Assembly (NCBI GenBank): GCA_964016885.1
Contig: OZ024759.1
Coordinates: 20,336,001 to 20,400,000 of the forward strand
Source: Eledone cirrhosa
Lineage: Eukaryota
Reading direction: 5' to 3'
DNA length: 64,000 bases
Part shown: one piece after another, positions 1 to 11,744 of the stretch
Layout: each line of letters opens with the position of its first letter
Position numbering within the stretch: the first letter of the stretch is position 1
Notes under the pieces: model-generated
Told to the model about the DNA's origin: nothing
What the model saw: the letters and a program-made list of their open reading frames with translations, nothing else
The model's database searches: none
Position numbers and translations under genes: made by a program

Positions 1-47
1 TATATATAGATTTATTTATATATACATTTATTTATATATGTGTGTAC

Positions 48-80
<33 letters not shown>

Positions 81-119
81 TTTATTTATATATACATTTA
101 TTTATATATGTGTGTACGA

Positions 120-157
<38 letters not shown>

Positions 158-159
158 AC

Positions 160-219
<60 letters not shown>

Positions 220-450
220 ATGTTATCTCAGAATAGTTAATGCATAATGCAGGGCTCTAATAACTGTGATATCATTGTGAAACAGATGCAATAAAACTCC
301 ATATGAAATACATGAGGGTGCAGGGATATTAATAATAACCAAAATATCAGTTATACATGGAAGTCATGTATTCCATATAGATTCATACTTTTGTCTGGAG
401 AAATTAGCCAAAACCTTGAGAATGGTAGACAGAAACTCTATGAAAGCCTG

Positions 451-524
<74 letters not shown>

Positions 525-615
525 GTATATATATATATATGTATATATATGTATATATATATATGTATATATATATATATGTATATATATGTATATATAT
601 ATATATATATGTATA

Positions 616-666
<51 letters not shown>

Positions 667-1271
667 GTATATATATGTATATATATATATATGTATATAT
701 ATAAATAAATATATATATATGTATAAATTATATATATATGTATGTATATATATAAATAAATATATATATTATATATATAAATAAATATATATGTATATAT
801 ATGTATATATATGTATATATATATATATGTATATATATAAATAAATATATATATATGTATAAATTATATATATATGTATGTATATATATAAATAAATATA
901 TATATTATATATATAAATAAATATATATGTATATATATGTATATATATGTATATATATATATATGTATATATATAAATAAATATATATATATGTATAAAT
1001 TATATATATATGTATGTATATATATAAATAAATATATATATTATATATATAAATAAATATATATATATACATGTATATAAATAAATAAATATATATATAT
1101 GTATATATATAAATAAATATATATATATATATACATGTATATAAATAAATATATATATATATATACATGTATATAAATAAATATATATATATATATACAT
1201 GTATATAAATAAATATATATATATATACATATATATACATAAATAAATATATATATATATATAAATAAATA

Positions 1272-1312
<41 letters not shown>
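1..1312. repeat. (TA)n-based compound microsatellite arrays (1-218, 453-1290) ending in (GA)n
   Basis: Direct reading; the YI/IY ORFs here are translations of (TA)n. Confidence 0.95.
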
Positions 1313-1314
<2 letters not shown>

Positions 1315-1354
1315 TTAACAATACTCAGGGTATTATTACACAACGAAACTGAAG

Positions 1355-1764
1355 TTAACTCTTTAGCATCTAAACCAGCCATATCCGGCCAGAATTCTCT
1401 TTCCACTTCCTGTTCAAACCGGCTGTAGCCGGCTGCTCATCCTTTTTAAGCTATTGTTCTCAAAATAAATAATTGTTTCTACTTTTGGCACAAGACCACC
1501 AATCACCCAGTGCATTACTGGTACTTTATTTTATCGACCCCGTAAGGATGAAAGGCAAAGTTAACCTCGGCGGGATTTGAACTCAGATTGGAAAGGGTCG
1601 TAACTCTATGTGTCAAAGCATGGCGTCCGACCCTCTACCGATAGTGTCAAAATAAATAATACCAAGATCTTATGGATTCTATATTATGTGGGATAATTAT
1701 GTTGGATAAAACCTTTACCACAAAATTACAATAGTAAATATAGTAAATATAGCTAAAGAGTTAA
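1355..1764. mobile_element. piggyBac-like MITE (family A) carrying an internal SINE
   Basis: TTAA-CTCTTTAGC ... GCTAAAGAG-TTAA terminal inverted repeats with TTAA flanks; body matches the empty copy at 30541-30753. Confidence 0.75.
1474..1646 (-). mobile_element. tRNA-derived SINE with Meta-like central domain, inserted in the MITE
   Basis: Reverse complement of the 21895-22083 element; TCAAAATAAATAAT is repeated at 1460-1473 and 1647-1660 (TSD-like). Confidence 0.85.
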
Positions 1765-2319
1765 AGTCGTGCTGGTGATCTACATGATAAAAGCACCCTG
1801 TACATGCTGTAATGTGGTTGGTGTTAGGAAGGGCATCTATCTGTAGAAAGTATTGACAAATAGGAACTTATTAAGAGGATGGGATCACCTGCTCTGTGTA
1901 ATCTCAGAACATGAAAACCTGTCTGGCATTGCCTTAAGTCCTTCAGCAAGGCACTTTATCTCACATTCTTTCTGCCAGGCATTGTGACTAGTAGATAGTA
2001 TCAGCAATTGGAAAGACCAATGGAAACATTGTTTCCTTGGTCCGATTTGACATGTTCCAAACCATTGGGTGAGTGAATAAGCTCTGAGATCTTGCCAATT
2101 GTTCGCGTTCTCTCTCTCTCTGTGTGTGTATGTGTGTGTGTTTGTTTACACCAGATCAATAAAACAGTGCTGTTGTTTGTGCTAGAGTTATGGTTAGTGT
2201 GTTCAATTAATAGAAATCAATAAAATACTACATGGAATGAATTACTGGATTCAAAAGGATTTATTAAAAAAAAAAAAAATCCCTTAGAAGATATTGCTGT
2301 AGCATGGCCACAACCTGTC

Positions 2320-3070
2320 TGTCTTGAGCCTGGAGGCTATCCAGGCCAGTGCTTATCCCAGTTTCCATGACATGAAGTGATTGAGAGTACAAGACTTAGC
2401 CCTAGTCAGGATGTCCGTCCATTGCAGGGTTAAAACTCCAGCTATTGCTGGTATAATGGATTTTTAGCTGAGTATACTGGAGCAATCTGAACTGAAGTGT
2501 CTGGCTGAAAAGCAGGACAAAGCACAGGACCGAGTCCAGGAATTGAACCTATGACATTATGATCATAAATCCAACACCATTACCACTAGGCCATGCACCT
2601 GCACTGAGTACACTGGAGCAACATGAAGTGAAGTGTTTTGTTGAAGAACACAAACACACAACCAGGGCTGGATTTAGATCTTGGAGTATCGGGGTGACTT
2701 CAGGTTTGGGGGAGGGTCTTATACACAAACATTAGTATACACAGCAAACCCCGCTTTGCTCCTCACTAAATCTGGCCCTGCACACAACCCAGTCCAATTA
2801 TAATGGAAAAATTCAACACCATTGCCATTTGGTCCCATGTCTGTACTGTGTATGCTGGAGCAACTTGAAATGAAGTGTTTTGCTCAAGAACACAACCTTC
2901 ACCAGGAATCGAACCCCCGACTTTATGATCCTAAGTCCAACATCCTTTCCACTGGAGCAATGTGAAATGAAGTGTTTCGCTAAAAAATACAACACACAAC
3001 CCAGCCCAGGAATCGAACGCACAAGATTATGATCACAAATCCAACACCATTACCACTGGGCCGCATGTCT
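2320..3070 (-). mobile_element. Cluster of CORE-type tRNA SINEs; 2320-2603 has a V-domain-like 3' body
   Basis: Minus strand shows an A-box (TGGCCTAGTGG) and B-box (GGTTCAATTCC), a CORE-like ...ACACTTCA.TTCA..TTGCTCCAGT, then CCTGCAATGGACGGACATCC...GGAAACTGGGATAAGC; head+CORE fragments repeat at 2605-2670 and 2840-3070. Confidence 0.7.
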
Positions 3071-3377
3071 CCATATTGCTACAACATGGCCACAGTCTAC
3101 TGCTTGAAACCTGTAAAAGACTAACAGACTAACAGAATCAGTATTAGATTGCTTGCCATTCCTTCTTCCTTCAAGAGACAGGAGATGATGACAAGAGCAG
3201 TGAATATTAATAAGATGGTTTCTGCTGGTGGCGTTTACTTCCGTCACACAGGTTTGACCATGCAGAAATAACTGGAGATGTGGAGATGTATTACAACAAC
3301 AACAACAACAACAATAACAATAACAAAAACAATATTGGTTGCAACCACAAACAGCAATAACATCATTGACTACAACA

Positions 3378-3723
3378 ATATATATATATATATATACATA
3401 CATATACACGTATATATATTTATATATATATATACATATACACGTATATATATTTATATATATATATATACATACATATACACGTATATATATTTATATA
3501 TATATATATACATACATATACACGTATATATATTTATATATATATATACATACATATACACGTATATACATATACATACATATACACGTATATATATATA
3601 TATATATATATACATACATATACACGTATATATATATATATACATACATATACACGTATATATATATATACATACATATACACGTATATATATTTATATA
3701 TATATATATACATACATATACAC

Positions 3724-3764
<41 letters not shown>

Positions 3765-3803
3765 CATATACACGTATATATATATATACACATACATATA
3801 CAC

Positions 3804-3847
<44 letters not shown>

Positions 3848-3930
3848 ATATACACGTACATATATATATATATATTTACGTATATAAATATACACACACA
3901 CACATATATAAAGTATATGTATATATATAT
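3378..3930. repeat. (TA)n-derived minisatellite with core TACATACATATACACGTA
   Basis: Core repeated more than 10 times, separated by variable (TA)n. Confidence 0.9.
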
Positions 3931-4082
3931 CATCATCATCATCATCACCGTTTTACGTCCGTTCTTCCACGCTAGCATATATATATGTATGTATATTGTT
4001 ATACTTTGGGAGGGTCATGTTGCCAATATATATATATAACGTATATGCATGTATATGTATGTATATATATATGTGTATATAT

Positions 4083-4145
<63 letters not shown>

Positions 4146-4363
4146 TGTACATGTCAACTCATGCCAGCATGGAAAAGCTGACGTGAAAGGATGGTGATGA
4201 AAATATATATACATATTTATTATCATACATATACGTAAATGAACACACACACATACACACATATATATATATTGATATATAAATGCATATACACACCACA
4301 CACACACTCACATAAATGTAAATAACTATAAAGTACATAATGCGTGTAAGTTTGTTTATTTGC

Positions 4364-4453
4364 CTTGGAACAACATTGCCATTTCTCAATGAATCATCTA
4401 AAAATTTGGCATCGGAATCCAGATCCAGCCTGGAATAATCTATGAAGAGGATT
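4364..4453 (-). CDS. Candidate 90-nt internal coding exon (ILFIDYSRLDLDSDAKFLDDSLRNGNVVP)
   Basis: Polypyrimidine tract and AG acceptor (CTCTCTATATTTCTTTTCTAG), only one open frame, length a multiple of 3, non-canonical donor AAG|GCAAAT. No family recognised. Confidence 0.25.
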
Positions 4454-4629
4454 CTAGAAAAGAAATATAGAGAGACTGAAAGTCCTAATGGAAGGGGAGT
4501 GGGCGATATAAGAAACATATGTGCAAGCTGTTGGGGGAAGGTTTTACTTAAATGTGAAACCTTTTAAGAGTGGGAGATGTGGTAGTTGAAGAGGAAGCAG
4601 ATGAAGAATAAGAAGTTTTAGTGGAATAT

Positions 4630-5230
4630 GGAGAGAGAAGACAGTCTGGGGCAGAGAAGACGACAGGTGAGGACAGAAGGGGACATAAGACAGGTGAGGA
4701 CAGAAGACAGAAGAGGACAGAAGACAGGTGAGGACAGAAGACAAAAGACAGGTGAGGACAGAAGACAGGTGAGGACAGAAGACAAAAGACGGGTGAGGAC
4801 AGAAGACAGGTGAGGACAGAAGACAAAAGACGGGTGAGGACAGAAGACAGGTGAGGACAGAAGACAAAAGACGGGTGAGGACAGAAGACAGGTGAGGACA
4901 GAAGACAAAAGACGGGTGAGGACAGAAGACAGGTGAGGACAGAAGAGCCAAAAGACAGGTGAGGACAGAAGAGGACGGAAGACAGGTGAGGACAGAAGAC
5001 AAAAGACAGGTGAGGACAGAAGAGGACAAAAGACAGGTGAGGACAGAAGACAAAAGACAGGTGAGGACAGAAGAGGACAAAAGACAGGTGAGGACAGAAG
5101 AGGACAGAAGACAGGTGAGGACAGAAGACAAAAGACAGGTGAGGACAAGATAGATGAGGACAGAAGAGGAGAGAAGACAGGTGAGGATAGAAGAGGACAA
5201 AAGACAGGTGAGGACAGATGGAGATGACAA
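4630..5230. repeat. Purine-rich minisatellite GACAGGTGAGGACAGAA(GACAAAA), 17-27 bp units
   Basis: More than 20 tandem copies read directly. Confidence 0.95.
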
Positions 5231-5289
5231 CAGAAAAATAGTTTCTAGCATAGGTAAAAGGCCATTAATTTTTGTGTGGAGCGGAACAT

Positions 5290-5830
5290 TTATTAAATCG
5301 ATTTCAGTACTTATACTTTATTTTATCGTCCTTGAAAGGATTTGAAACCAGAATGTAGAGAGCCATAATGAACTGCTCCCGTGTATTTCATCTGACTGAA
5401 CAAAGATCGACCAACAATTTTTGGGAGGAGAAAGTTGACTAAATTGATCCTCGGGGTATTACTGGTACTTAAATTTATTGACCCCCATGAGGATGAAAGG
5501 CAAAGCTAATCTCAACAGGATTTGAACTCAATGTAAAGGGACGTAACTATACGCTGCAAAGCATGTTGGCCGATGTTCTACTGATACTGCCCCTCCACCC
5601 CCAAAATAATAATAGTAATTATAATAATTGTTTATCCTTTTAGGCACAAGGCTAGCAATTTGAAGGGAAGAGGAAAGTCGATTAAATCAACCCCAGTGCA
5701 TTACTGGTACTTTATTTTATTGGCCCTGTAAGGATGAATGGCAAAACTAACCTTGGCGGGATTTGGGATTTGTATTCGGAACGTAAAGGACCGTAACTCG
5801 ATGCTGCGAAACATGGTGTTGGATACTCTA
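5290..5830 (-). mobile_element. Three tandem degenerate Meta-like SINE copies
   Basis: ACTGGTACTTTATTTTAT..ACCCC.TAAGGATGAAAGGCAAA...GGATTTGAACTC recurs near 5460 and 5700, with a more degraded copy near 5305. Confidence 0.75.
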
Positions 5831-5869
5831 GAGTAGTAGTTATAAGAAGGAAGTGAATGAATATGATGA

Positions 5870-6660
5870 GGAAAGAAGTGGTGGAAGATGAAAGAGGGCG
5901 GTTGAGTGGAAGATGAAGGGGAAGGAAGTGGAAAAAGATCGAATGAAAGTTGAAGCAGTGGAAGGAAGGGGAAGAAGTAGTGGAAAATGTGGTGGAAGGA
6001 AGTGGAAAAAGATCGAGTGGAAGATGAAGCAGTGGAAGGAAGGGGAAGAAGTGGTGGAAAATGTGGTGGAAGGAAATGGAAAAAGATCGAGTGGAAGATG
6101 AAGCAGTGGAAGGAAGGGGAAAAAGTGGTGGAAAATGTGGTGGAAGGAAGTGGAAAAAGATCGAGTGAAAGATGAAGCAGTGGAAGGAAGGGGAAGAAGT
6201 GGTGGAAGGAAGTGGAAAAAGATCGAGTGGAAGATGAAGCAGTGGAAGGAAGGGGAAGAAGTGGTGGAAGGAAGTGGAAAAAGATCGAGTGGAAGGAAGG
6301 GGAAGAAGTAGTGGAAAATGTGGTGGAAGGAAGTGGAAAAAGATCGAGTGGAAGATGAAGAAGGGGAAGAAGTAGTGGAAAATGAAGTGGAAAAAGATCG
6401 AGTGGGAGATGAAGCAGTGGAAGGAAGGGGAAGAAGTAGTGGAAAATGTGGTGGAAGGAAATGGAAAAAGATCGAGTGGAAGATGAAGAAGGGGAAGAAG
6501 TAGTGGAAAATGTGGTGGAAGGAAGTGGAAAAAGATCGAGTGGGAGATGAAGAAGGGGAAGAAGTAGTGGAAAATGTGGTGGAAGGAAGTGGAAAAAGAT
6601 CGAGTGGGAGAAGTAGTGGAAAATGTGGTGGAAGGAAGTGGAAAAAGATCAAGTGGAAGT
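5870..6660. repeat. Polypurine minisatellite (GTGGAAAAAGATCGAGTGGAAGATGAAGCAGTGGAAGGAAGGGGAAGAAG...), ~60-75 bp units
   Basis: About 11 imperfect tandem units. Confidence 0.9.
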
Positions 6661-6719
6661 AAATAAAGAAACGATTAAGTAGAAGGAAGATGAAGAAAAA
6701 TGAGAATAAGTAGGAAATA

Positions 6720-6935
6720 AATAGTAGTAGTAGTATTAGTGGTAATGTTGGTAGTAGTAGTAGTAGTAGTGATGGTAATGTTGGTAGTAGTAGTAGTAGT
6801 GATGGTAATGTTGGTAGTATTAGTGGTGATGTTGGTAGTAGTAGTAGTAGTAGTAGTGATGGTAATGTTGGTGGTAGTAGTAGTAGTAGTAGTGATGGTA
6901 ATGTTGGTGGTAGTAGTAGTAGTAGTAGTGATGGT
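6720..6935. repeat. (GTA)n / GTGATGGTAATGTTG compound repeat
   Basis: Direct reading. Confidence 0.9.
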
Positions 6936-7049
6936 GGGAGGAGGAGGAAGGGGGGAGGGGTCTGTTAGTTTTCTAAGAACATCTTTCATACCAAGACCTG
7001 TAAATTCTTATGTCAAATATTTTCAACACCAACAGATGTTTGTTTCTGT

Positions 7050-7545
7050 CTGTCTGTGTAGGGCATGTTTATTTTGTGTGTGTGTGTGTTGAATGTGTGT
7101 GTGTAGGGCATGTTTATTTTGTGTGTGTGTGTGTGTTGAATGTGTGTGTGTGTAGGGCATGTTTATTTTGTGTGTGTGTGTGTGTTGAATGTGTGTGTAG
7201 GGCATGTTTATTTTGTGTGTGTGTTGAATATCTGTGTATGTGTAGGGCATGTTTATTTTGTGTGTGTGTGTGTGTTGAATGTGTGTGTGTAGGGCATGTT
7301 TATTTTGTGTGTGTGTTGAATGTGTATGTGTAGGGCATGTTTATTTTGTGTGTGTGTGTGTGTGTGTGTGTTGAATGTCTGTGTGTGTAGGGCATGTTTA
7401 TTTTGTGTGTGTGTAGGGCATGTTTATTTTGTGTGTGTGTTGAATGTGTGTGTATGTGTAGGACATGTTTATTTTGTGTGTGTGTGTGTGTTGAATGTGT
7501 GTGTAGGGCATGTTTATTTTGTGTGTGTGTGTGTATATATGTGTG
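7050..7545. repeat. Minisatellite GTAGGGCATGTTTATTTT-(TG)n-TTGAA-(TG)n
   Basis: Constant core with variable (TG)n linkers, about 11 copies. Confidence 0.9.
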
Positions 7546-7644
7546 TGTTGTATGTCTGTCTGCTAGTATTTCTGTGTAGTGCATGTGTGTGTGTGTGTGT
7601 TTATTTTCTTCATGTGTATGAGTTATTTGTCTGTCTGGTAGTCT

Positions 7645-7716
7645 TGCTACCTGTGTGTGTGTGTGTCTATCTGAAGGTCTACCTGTGTGTGTGTGTGTGT
7701 GTCTATCTGAAGGTCT

Positions 7717-7751
<35 letters not shown>

Positions 7752-8052
7752 TATCTGAAGGTCTACCTGTGTGTGTGTCTGTCTGAAGGTCTACCTCAGT
7801 GTGTGTGTGTGTGTCTCTGTCTGAAGGTCTACCTGTGTGTGTGTCTATCTGAAGGTCTACCTGTGTGTGTGTGTGTGTGTCTATCTGAAGTTCTACCTCA
7901 GTGTGTGTGTCTCTGTCTGAAGGTCTACCTGTGTGTGTGTGTGTATCTGAAGGTCTACCTGTGTGTGTGTGTCTATCTGAAGTTCTACCTCAGTGTGTGT
8001 GTCTCTGTCTGAAGGTCTACCTGTGTGTGTGTGTGTGTCTGTCTGAAGGTCT

Positions 8053-8095
<43 letters not shown>

Positions 8096-8218
8096 TCTGT
8101 CTGAAGGTCTACCTCAATGTGTGTGTGTGTGTCTGTCTGAAGGTCTACCTGTGTGTGTGTCTGTCTATCTGAAGGTCTACCTGTGTGTGTGTGTCTGTCT
8201 GTCTGTCTGAAGGTCTAC

Positions 8219-8283
<65 letters not shown>

Positions 8284-8380
8284 TGAAGGTCTACCTGTGT
8301 GTGTGTGTGTGTGTCTCTGTCTGTCTGTCTGAAGGTCTACCTCAGTGTGTGTGTGTGTCTGTCTGAAGGTGTACCTGTGT
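7645..8380. repeat. Minisatellite TCTGAAGGTCTACCT-(GT)n
   Basis: Constant 15-bp core, about 20 copies, variable (GT)n linkers. Confidence 0.9.
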
Positions 8381-8704
8381 GTATATCTTCATGTGCATGT
8401 GTGTATCTGTGTGTGCTTAACTGACTGACTGTCTGGCTTGTTTGTGTGTCTGTCTGTCTGTCTGGGTGTGTGTGTGTGTGGGGGGGGGGGGGGGCTCAGT
8501 CTGGTGTGTCTGGCTCTGTGTGCAGGATGTTTATGTACATGTCTTAGTCTGTATGTGGGTGGTTCAGTGAGTTGTGTGTCTGTCTGTTGTGTGTGTGTGT
8601 CTGTCTGTCTGTGGTGTGTGGCTGTATATGTGGGGCTGTGTTCATGTATGTGTCTGTCTGTCTGTCTGTCTGTGTGTGGTTGAGTGGGAGTGGGTCTTTC
8701 TGGT

Positions 8705-9225
8705 GTGTGTGTGTATTTGTCTGTATATGTGGTGAGTATTTGTATATATGTCTGTATATATGTGTGTGTGTGTATTTGTCTGTATATGTGGTGAGTATTT
8801 GTATATATGCCTGTATATGTGCGTGTGTATTTGTCTGTATATGTGGTGAGTATTTGTATATATGCCTGTATATGTGCGTGTGTATTTGTCTGTATATGTG
8901 GTGAGTATTTGTATATATGTCTGTATATGTCTCTGTGTGTGTGTGTATTTGTCTGTATATGTGGTGAGTATTTGTATATATGCCTGTATATGTGCGTGTG
9001 TATTTGTCTGTATATGTGGTGAGTATTTGTATATATGCCTGTATATGTGCGTGTGTATTTGTCTGTATATGTGGTGAGTATTTGTATATATGTCTGTATA
9101 TGTCTCTGTGTGTGTGTGTATTTGTCTGTATATGTGGTGAGTATTTGTATATATGTCTGTGTGTGTGTGTATTTGTCTGTATATGTGGTGAGTATTTGTA
9201 TATATGTCTGTATATGTCTGTGTAT
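8705..9225. repeat. 55-63 bp tandem repeat GTGTATTTGTCTGTATATGTGGTGAGTATTTGTATATATG...
   Basis: About 9 copies. Confidence 0.9.
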
Positions 9226-10022
9226 GACTGTGTTTGTGTGTGATATAATACTACATTTATCATATGATCTCTGTTTCATTTTAAGACTTGTCTTACTTGC
9301 TTGTCAGTCTGTCTTTCCAACTCTGTCAACAACAACAACAACACCAACAATAGCACCAACAAAAACAAGAATGCCATCAACACCATCACCACCAGTTAAC
9401 CTGCACAAACAATAACATTCCACACTGCAACTTCAACCAAACAACACCACTTCCCCCGTACACTAACACAAATGCACACTACCCCAACCACCACACCCCA
9501 ACCAGTAGCAGTCATCACCACTAATACATTCACCACCATAACATAAATAACACCTCCACCTCCTCCACTACTATATCACAACTTTCCTATATTATATATC
9601 AAGTTAAGATAAGACAGACAGTCCCACCCAAATAAATACTATATATATCTATATATACAAAAAATGGTTAGCTGAACACACATTTTTTTCTTGATCTCCC
9701 TTTTCTCATTCTAATCAATCTTTCTCTTCTTTTATCTCCTGATGAAGGATTAATGTTTGAAACTCTAAAATTTTAAGACTCTTTGACTCTTGTATCATGG
9801 ATCAAACTAATATTATCATTTTGCTGTTTTTTTTCCATTTAGTTTTCACATATACACATACACACAAGCAGACACATATCCGTATGTAGTTGATGGCATG
9901 GAAAGATGGATGTTTAACAATGATGACTACTAAGCCACGCACCTTCATGTATATATGTAGACCCACCCAACCCTTGCTAGCAGGGAAAGCGAACATTAAA
10001 TGATGATATATATATATTTATA

Positions 10023-10161
10023 AATACATACATATATATATATAACGAAGGTGCAGTGAGGAACCAGATGGACCATAACACACCAGAGTACTTAATACTT
10101 AGTCCAGAAATAGCCGTCAAAACGGCTTGAGCTCTGCTGTCGGGGTCAAACATTTTTCCTA
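10023..10161. mobile_element. Deleted copy of Penelope-like hairpin element family H2
   Basis: Shares AACGAAGG..GAACCAG.TGGACCATAAC.CACCAGAGTACT and TAGCCGTC.AAACGGCTTGAGCTC.GC.GTCGGGGTC with 11124-11332 and 62151-62348; (TA)n flanks. Confidence 0.7.
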
Positions 10162-10174
10162 TATATATATGTAA

Positions 10175-10483
10175 TCAATGTATCTCCGGCATTCGTGGTC
10201 CCAGTTATTCGCGGAATTTTCCTTAGAATCAAACTAATAATTGTTCGTGTAAACCACTGCATATTCACAGAATCAGAAATATCTTCCGCGATTTTTTTAA
10301 TGGCTTTTTTCACGCTTTTTAACGCTAAATTATTAATAATATAATGTATTTGCCGGCCTATATTTTATGCTATTTATTGATGTTTATAGGCAATTTTGTG
10401 GACCAGGTCCAATATTTGCAGTTTTTCCCTCTTTGCGGGTGCTCTAGGAATATGACCTCCACGAATACTGGGGGACAACTGTA
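10175..10483. mobile_element. Tigger/pogo-like (MER2-type) MITE
   Basis: Right end ACGAATACTGGGGGACAACTG-TA resembles a Tigger-type TIR; left end is a degenerate complement (CTCCGGCATTCGTGG). Confidence 0.55.
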
Positions 10484-10489
10484 TTATAT

Positions 10490-11030
10490 AAGATAAATAA
10501 ATAGATATTTATTTAAACTTCTGTATAGAATTAGTAAGCCATGACAGATTAGGGGAAGAATCTAGTACTTCTTACAGTTGAGAAACAAAAACAAGATATA
10601 CAAAGATAAGTGAATATAAAAAGATAAAACAAAATGAATTAAATAGTGAAGGCCAAGTTGAATATGCATAAAAGAAAGATAAAGCAAAAATGGGAGGCAA
10701 GGGAAACTATAAAGCAGCTAGGAGGTTCTGTTGTTGAATCTTTTCATTGCCTTCATGTACTCAAAGATCTTTATTTATAGTTGGTAGATCTATTACAATA
10801 TATAATATATCCAATCTTGCTAGAGATTTGATAATTTAGCCTCTCTCTCTCATACTGATAAACTTTACATTGGAACAAATATTGCCAAAGAGTTTCTGGG
10901 AAGTCACCACAAGAACATAGAGGTGATTCTCTATGACCAGTTCGTGATAAAATGTAATTCAATGGTATATGTTCAGTAGAAAGCCATCGTAGTCTTCTTT
11001 TTTTTTTTTATTAACATTGCTCTGCCTGTG
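10490..11030 (-). mobile_element. 3' end of an I/R1-group LINE: C-terminal zinc knuckle plus 3' UTR
   Basis: Translates LRWLSTEHIPLNYILSRTGHRESPLCSCGDFPETLWQYLFQC, matching the LN..L.R.G...SP.C.CG...ET..H.L..C knuckle motif of RNase-H LINEs; AATAAA and a simple tail near 10500. Confidence 0.75.
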
Positions 11031-11092
11031 ATCATCATCATCATCATCATCATTTTACGTCAGCTTTTCCCTGCTTGCAAGGGTGGGACGGG

Positions 11093-11123
<31 letters not shown>

Positions 11124-11125
<2 letters not shown>

Positions 11126-11327
11126 ACGAAGGAAATGTGGTAATGAACCAGGTGGACCATAACGCACCAAAGTACTCAATACTTGGGGTAGTAGAGTGGG
11201 TAATAGGAACCAGTAAGACCCCGACGGCTGAGCTCAAGCCGTTTCGACGGCTAATTCTGGACTAAAATTTTAGTCCAGAATTAGCCGTCGAAACGGCTTG
11301 AGCTCAGCCGTCGGGGTCTTACTGGTT

Positions 11328-11332
<5 letters not shown>
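11124..11332. mobile_element. Penelope-like element H2 with a perfect 130-bp palindrome (11203-11332) containing a hammerhead 3' half
   Basis: Arms 11203-11267 and 11268-11332 are exact reverse complements; each contains GAAA-CGGCT-TGAGCTC-AGCCG-TC (stem III plus GUC site); (TA)n flanks. Confidence 0.75.
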
Positions 11333-11368
<36 letters not shown>

Positions 11369-11380
11369 TTAATATAGATG

Positions 11381-11431
11381 AGATTCTACAGGACTAGAAC
11401 TGTTTCATTCTTTAGAAATCATCAGGAATCT
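11381..11431 (-). ncRNA. Type I hammerhead ribozyme motif (family H1) in a Penelope-like pLTR fragment (11365-11730)
   Basis: Minus strand: AGATTC-CTGATGA-TTTCTAAAGAAT-GAAA-CAG TTCTAGTC CTG-TA-GAATCT; stems I and III pair, GUA site. Confidence 0.75.
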
Positions 11432-11452
11432 GGGTATCAAAAAATAAGTACG

Positions 11453-11515
11453 GTATTTATAGGTCTCTTCAGGTGGTAGGAGAGGGTGGGGAGTGGGATG
11501 GGTGTAGGTCATTGG
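11453..11515 (-). promoter_or_regulatory. Putative pLTR promoter: CCAAT plus TATAAATA upstream of the hammerhead
   Basis: Minus strand CCAAT (11511-11515) and CTATAAATAC (11453-11462), about 22 nt upstream of the HHR. Confidence 0.4.
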
Positions 11516-11744
11516 TTGCTAGAAAAGGTATATATATATAAGTATTGAAGTTTCCGTTGAAAATTGAAAAAGTCAGAGGAATGAAGAGTGCTCTATGTAA
11601 GTTACAGAGCTAAATATTTACATTGCCTTGTCTGATGAACGAATGCGGACGTGTCTTTTATTCGTCTTATTCAGGAAACCTCTGGTAATGAGGTAATTAT
11701 ACTGTATTGTTTATTATACATTAAATATATATATATATATATAG

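Noticed and set aside
3060-3125. Apparent splice acceptor TCTTTTACAG on the minus strand
   Set aside because: The sequence resembles a degenerate SINE tail adjoining a SINE cluster.
7645-8380. CRISPR-like look (constant repeat with variable spacers)
   Set aside because: Spacers are only (GT)n, the context is eukaryotic and there are no cas genes; the 49-bp array at 56997 has no unique spacers either.
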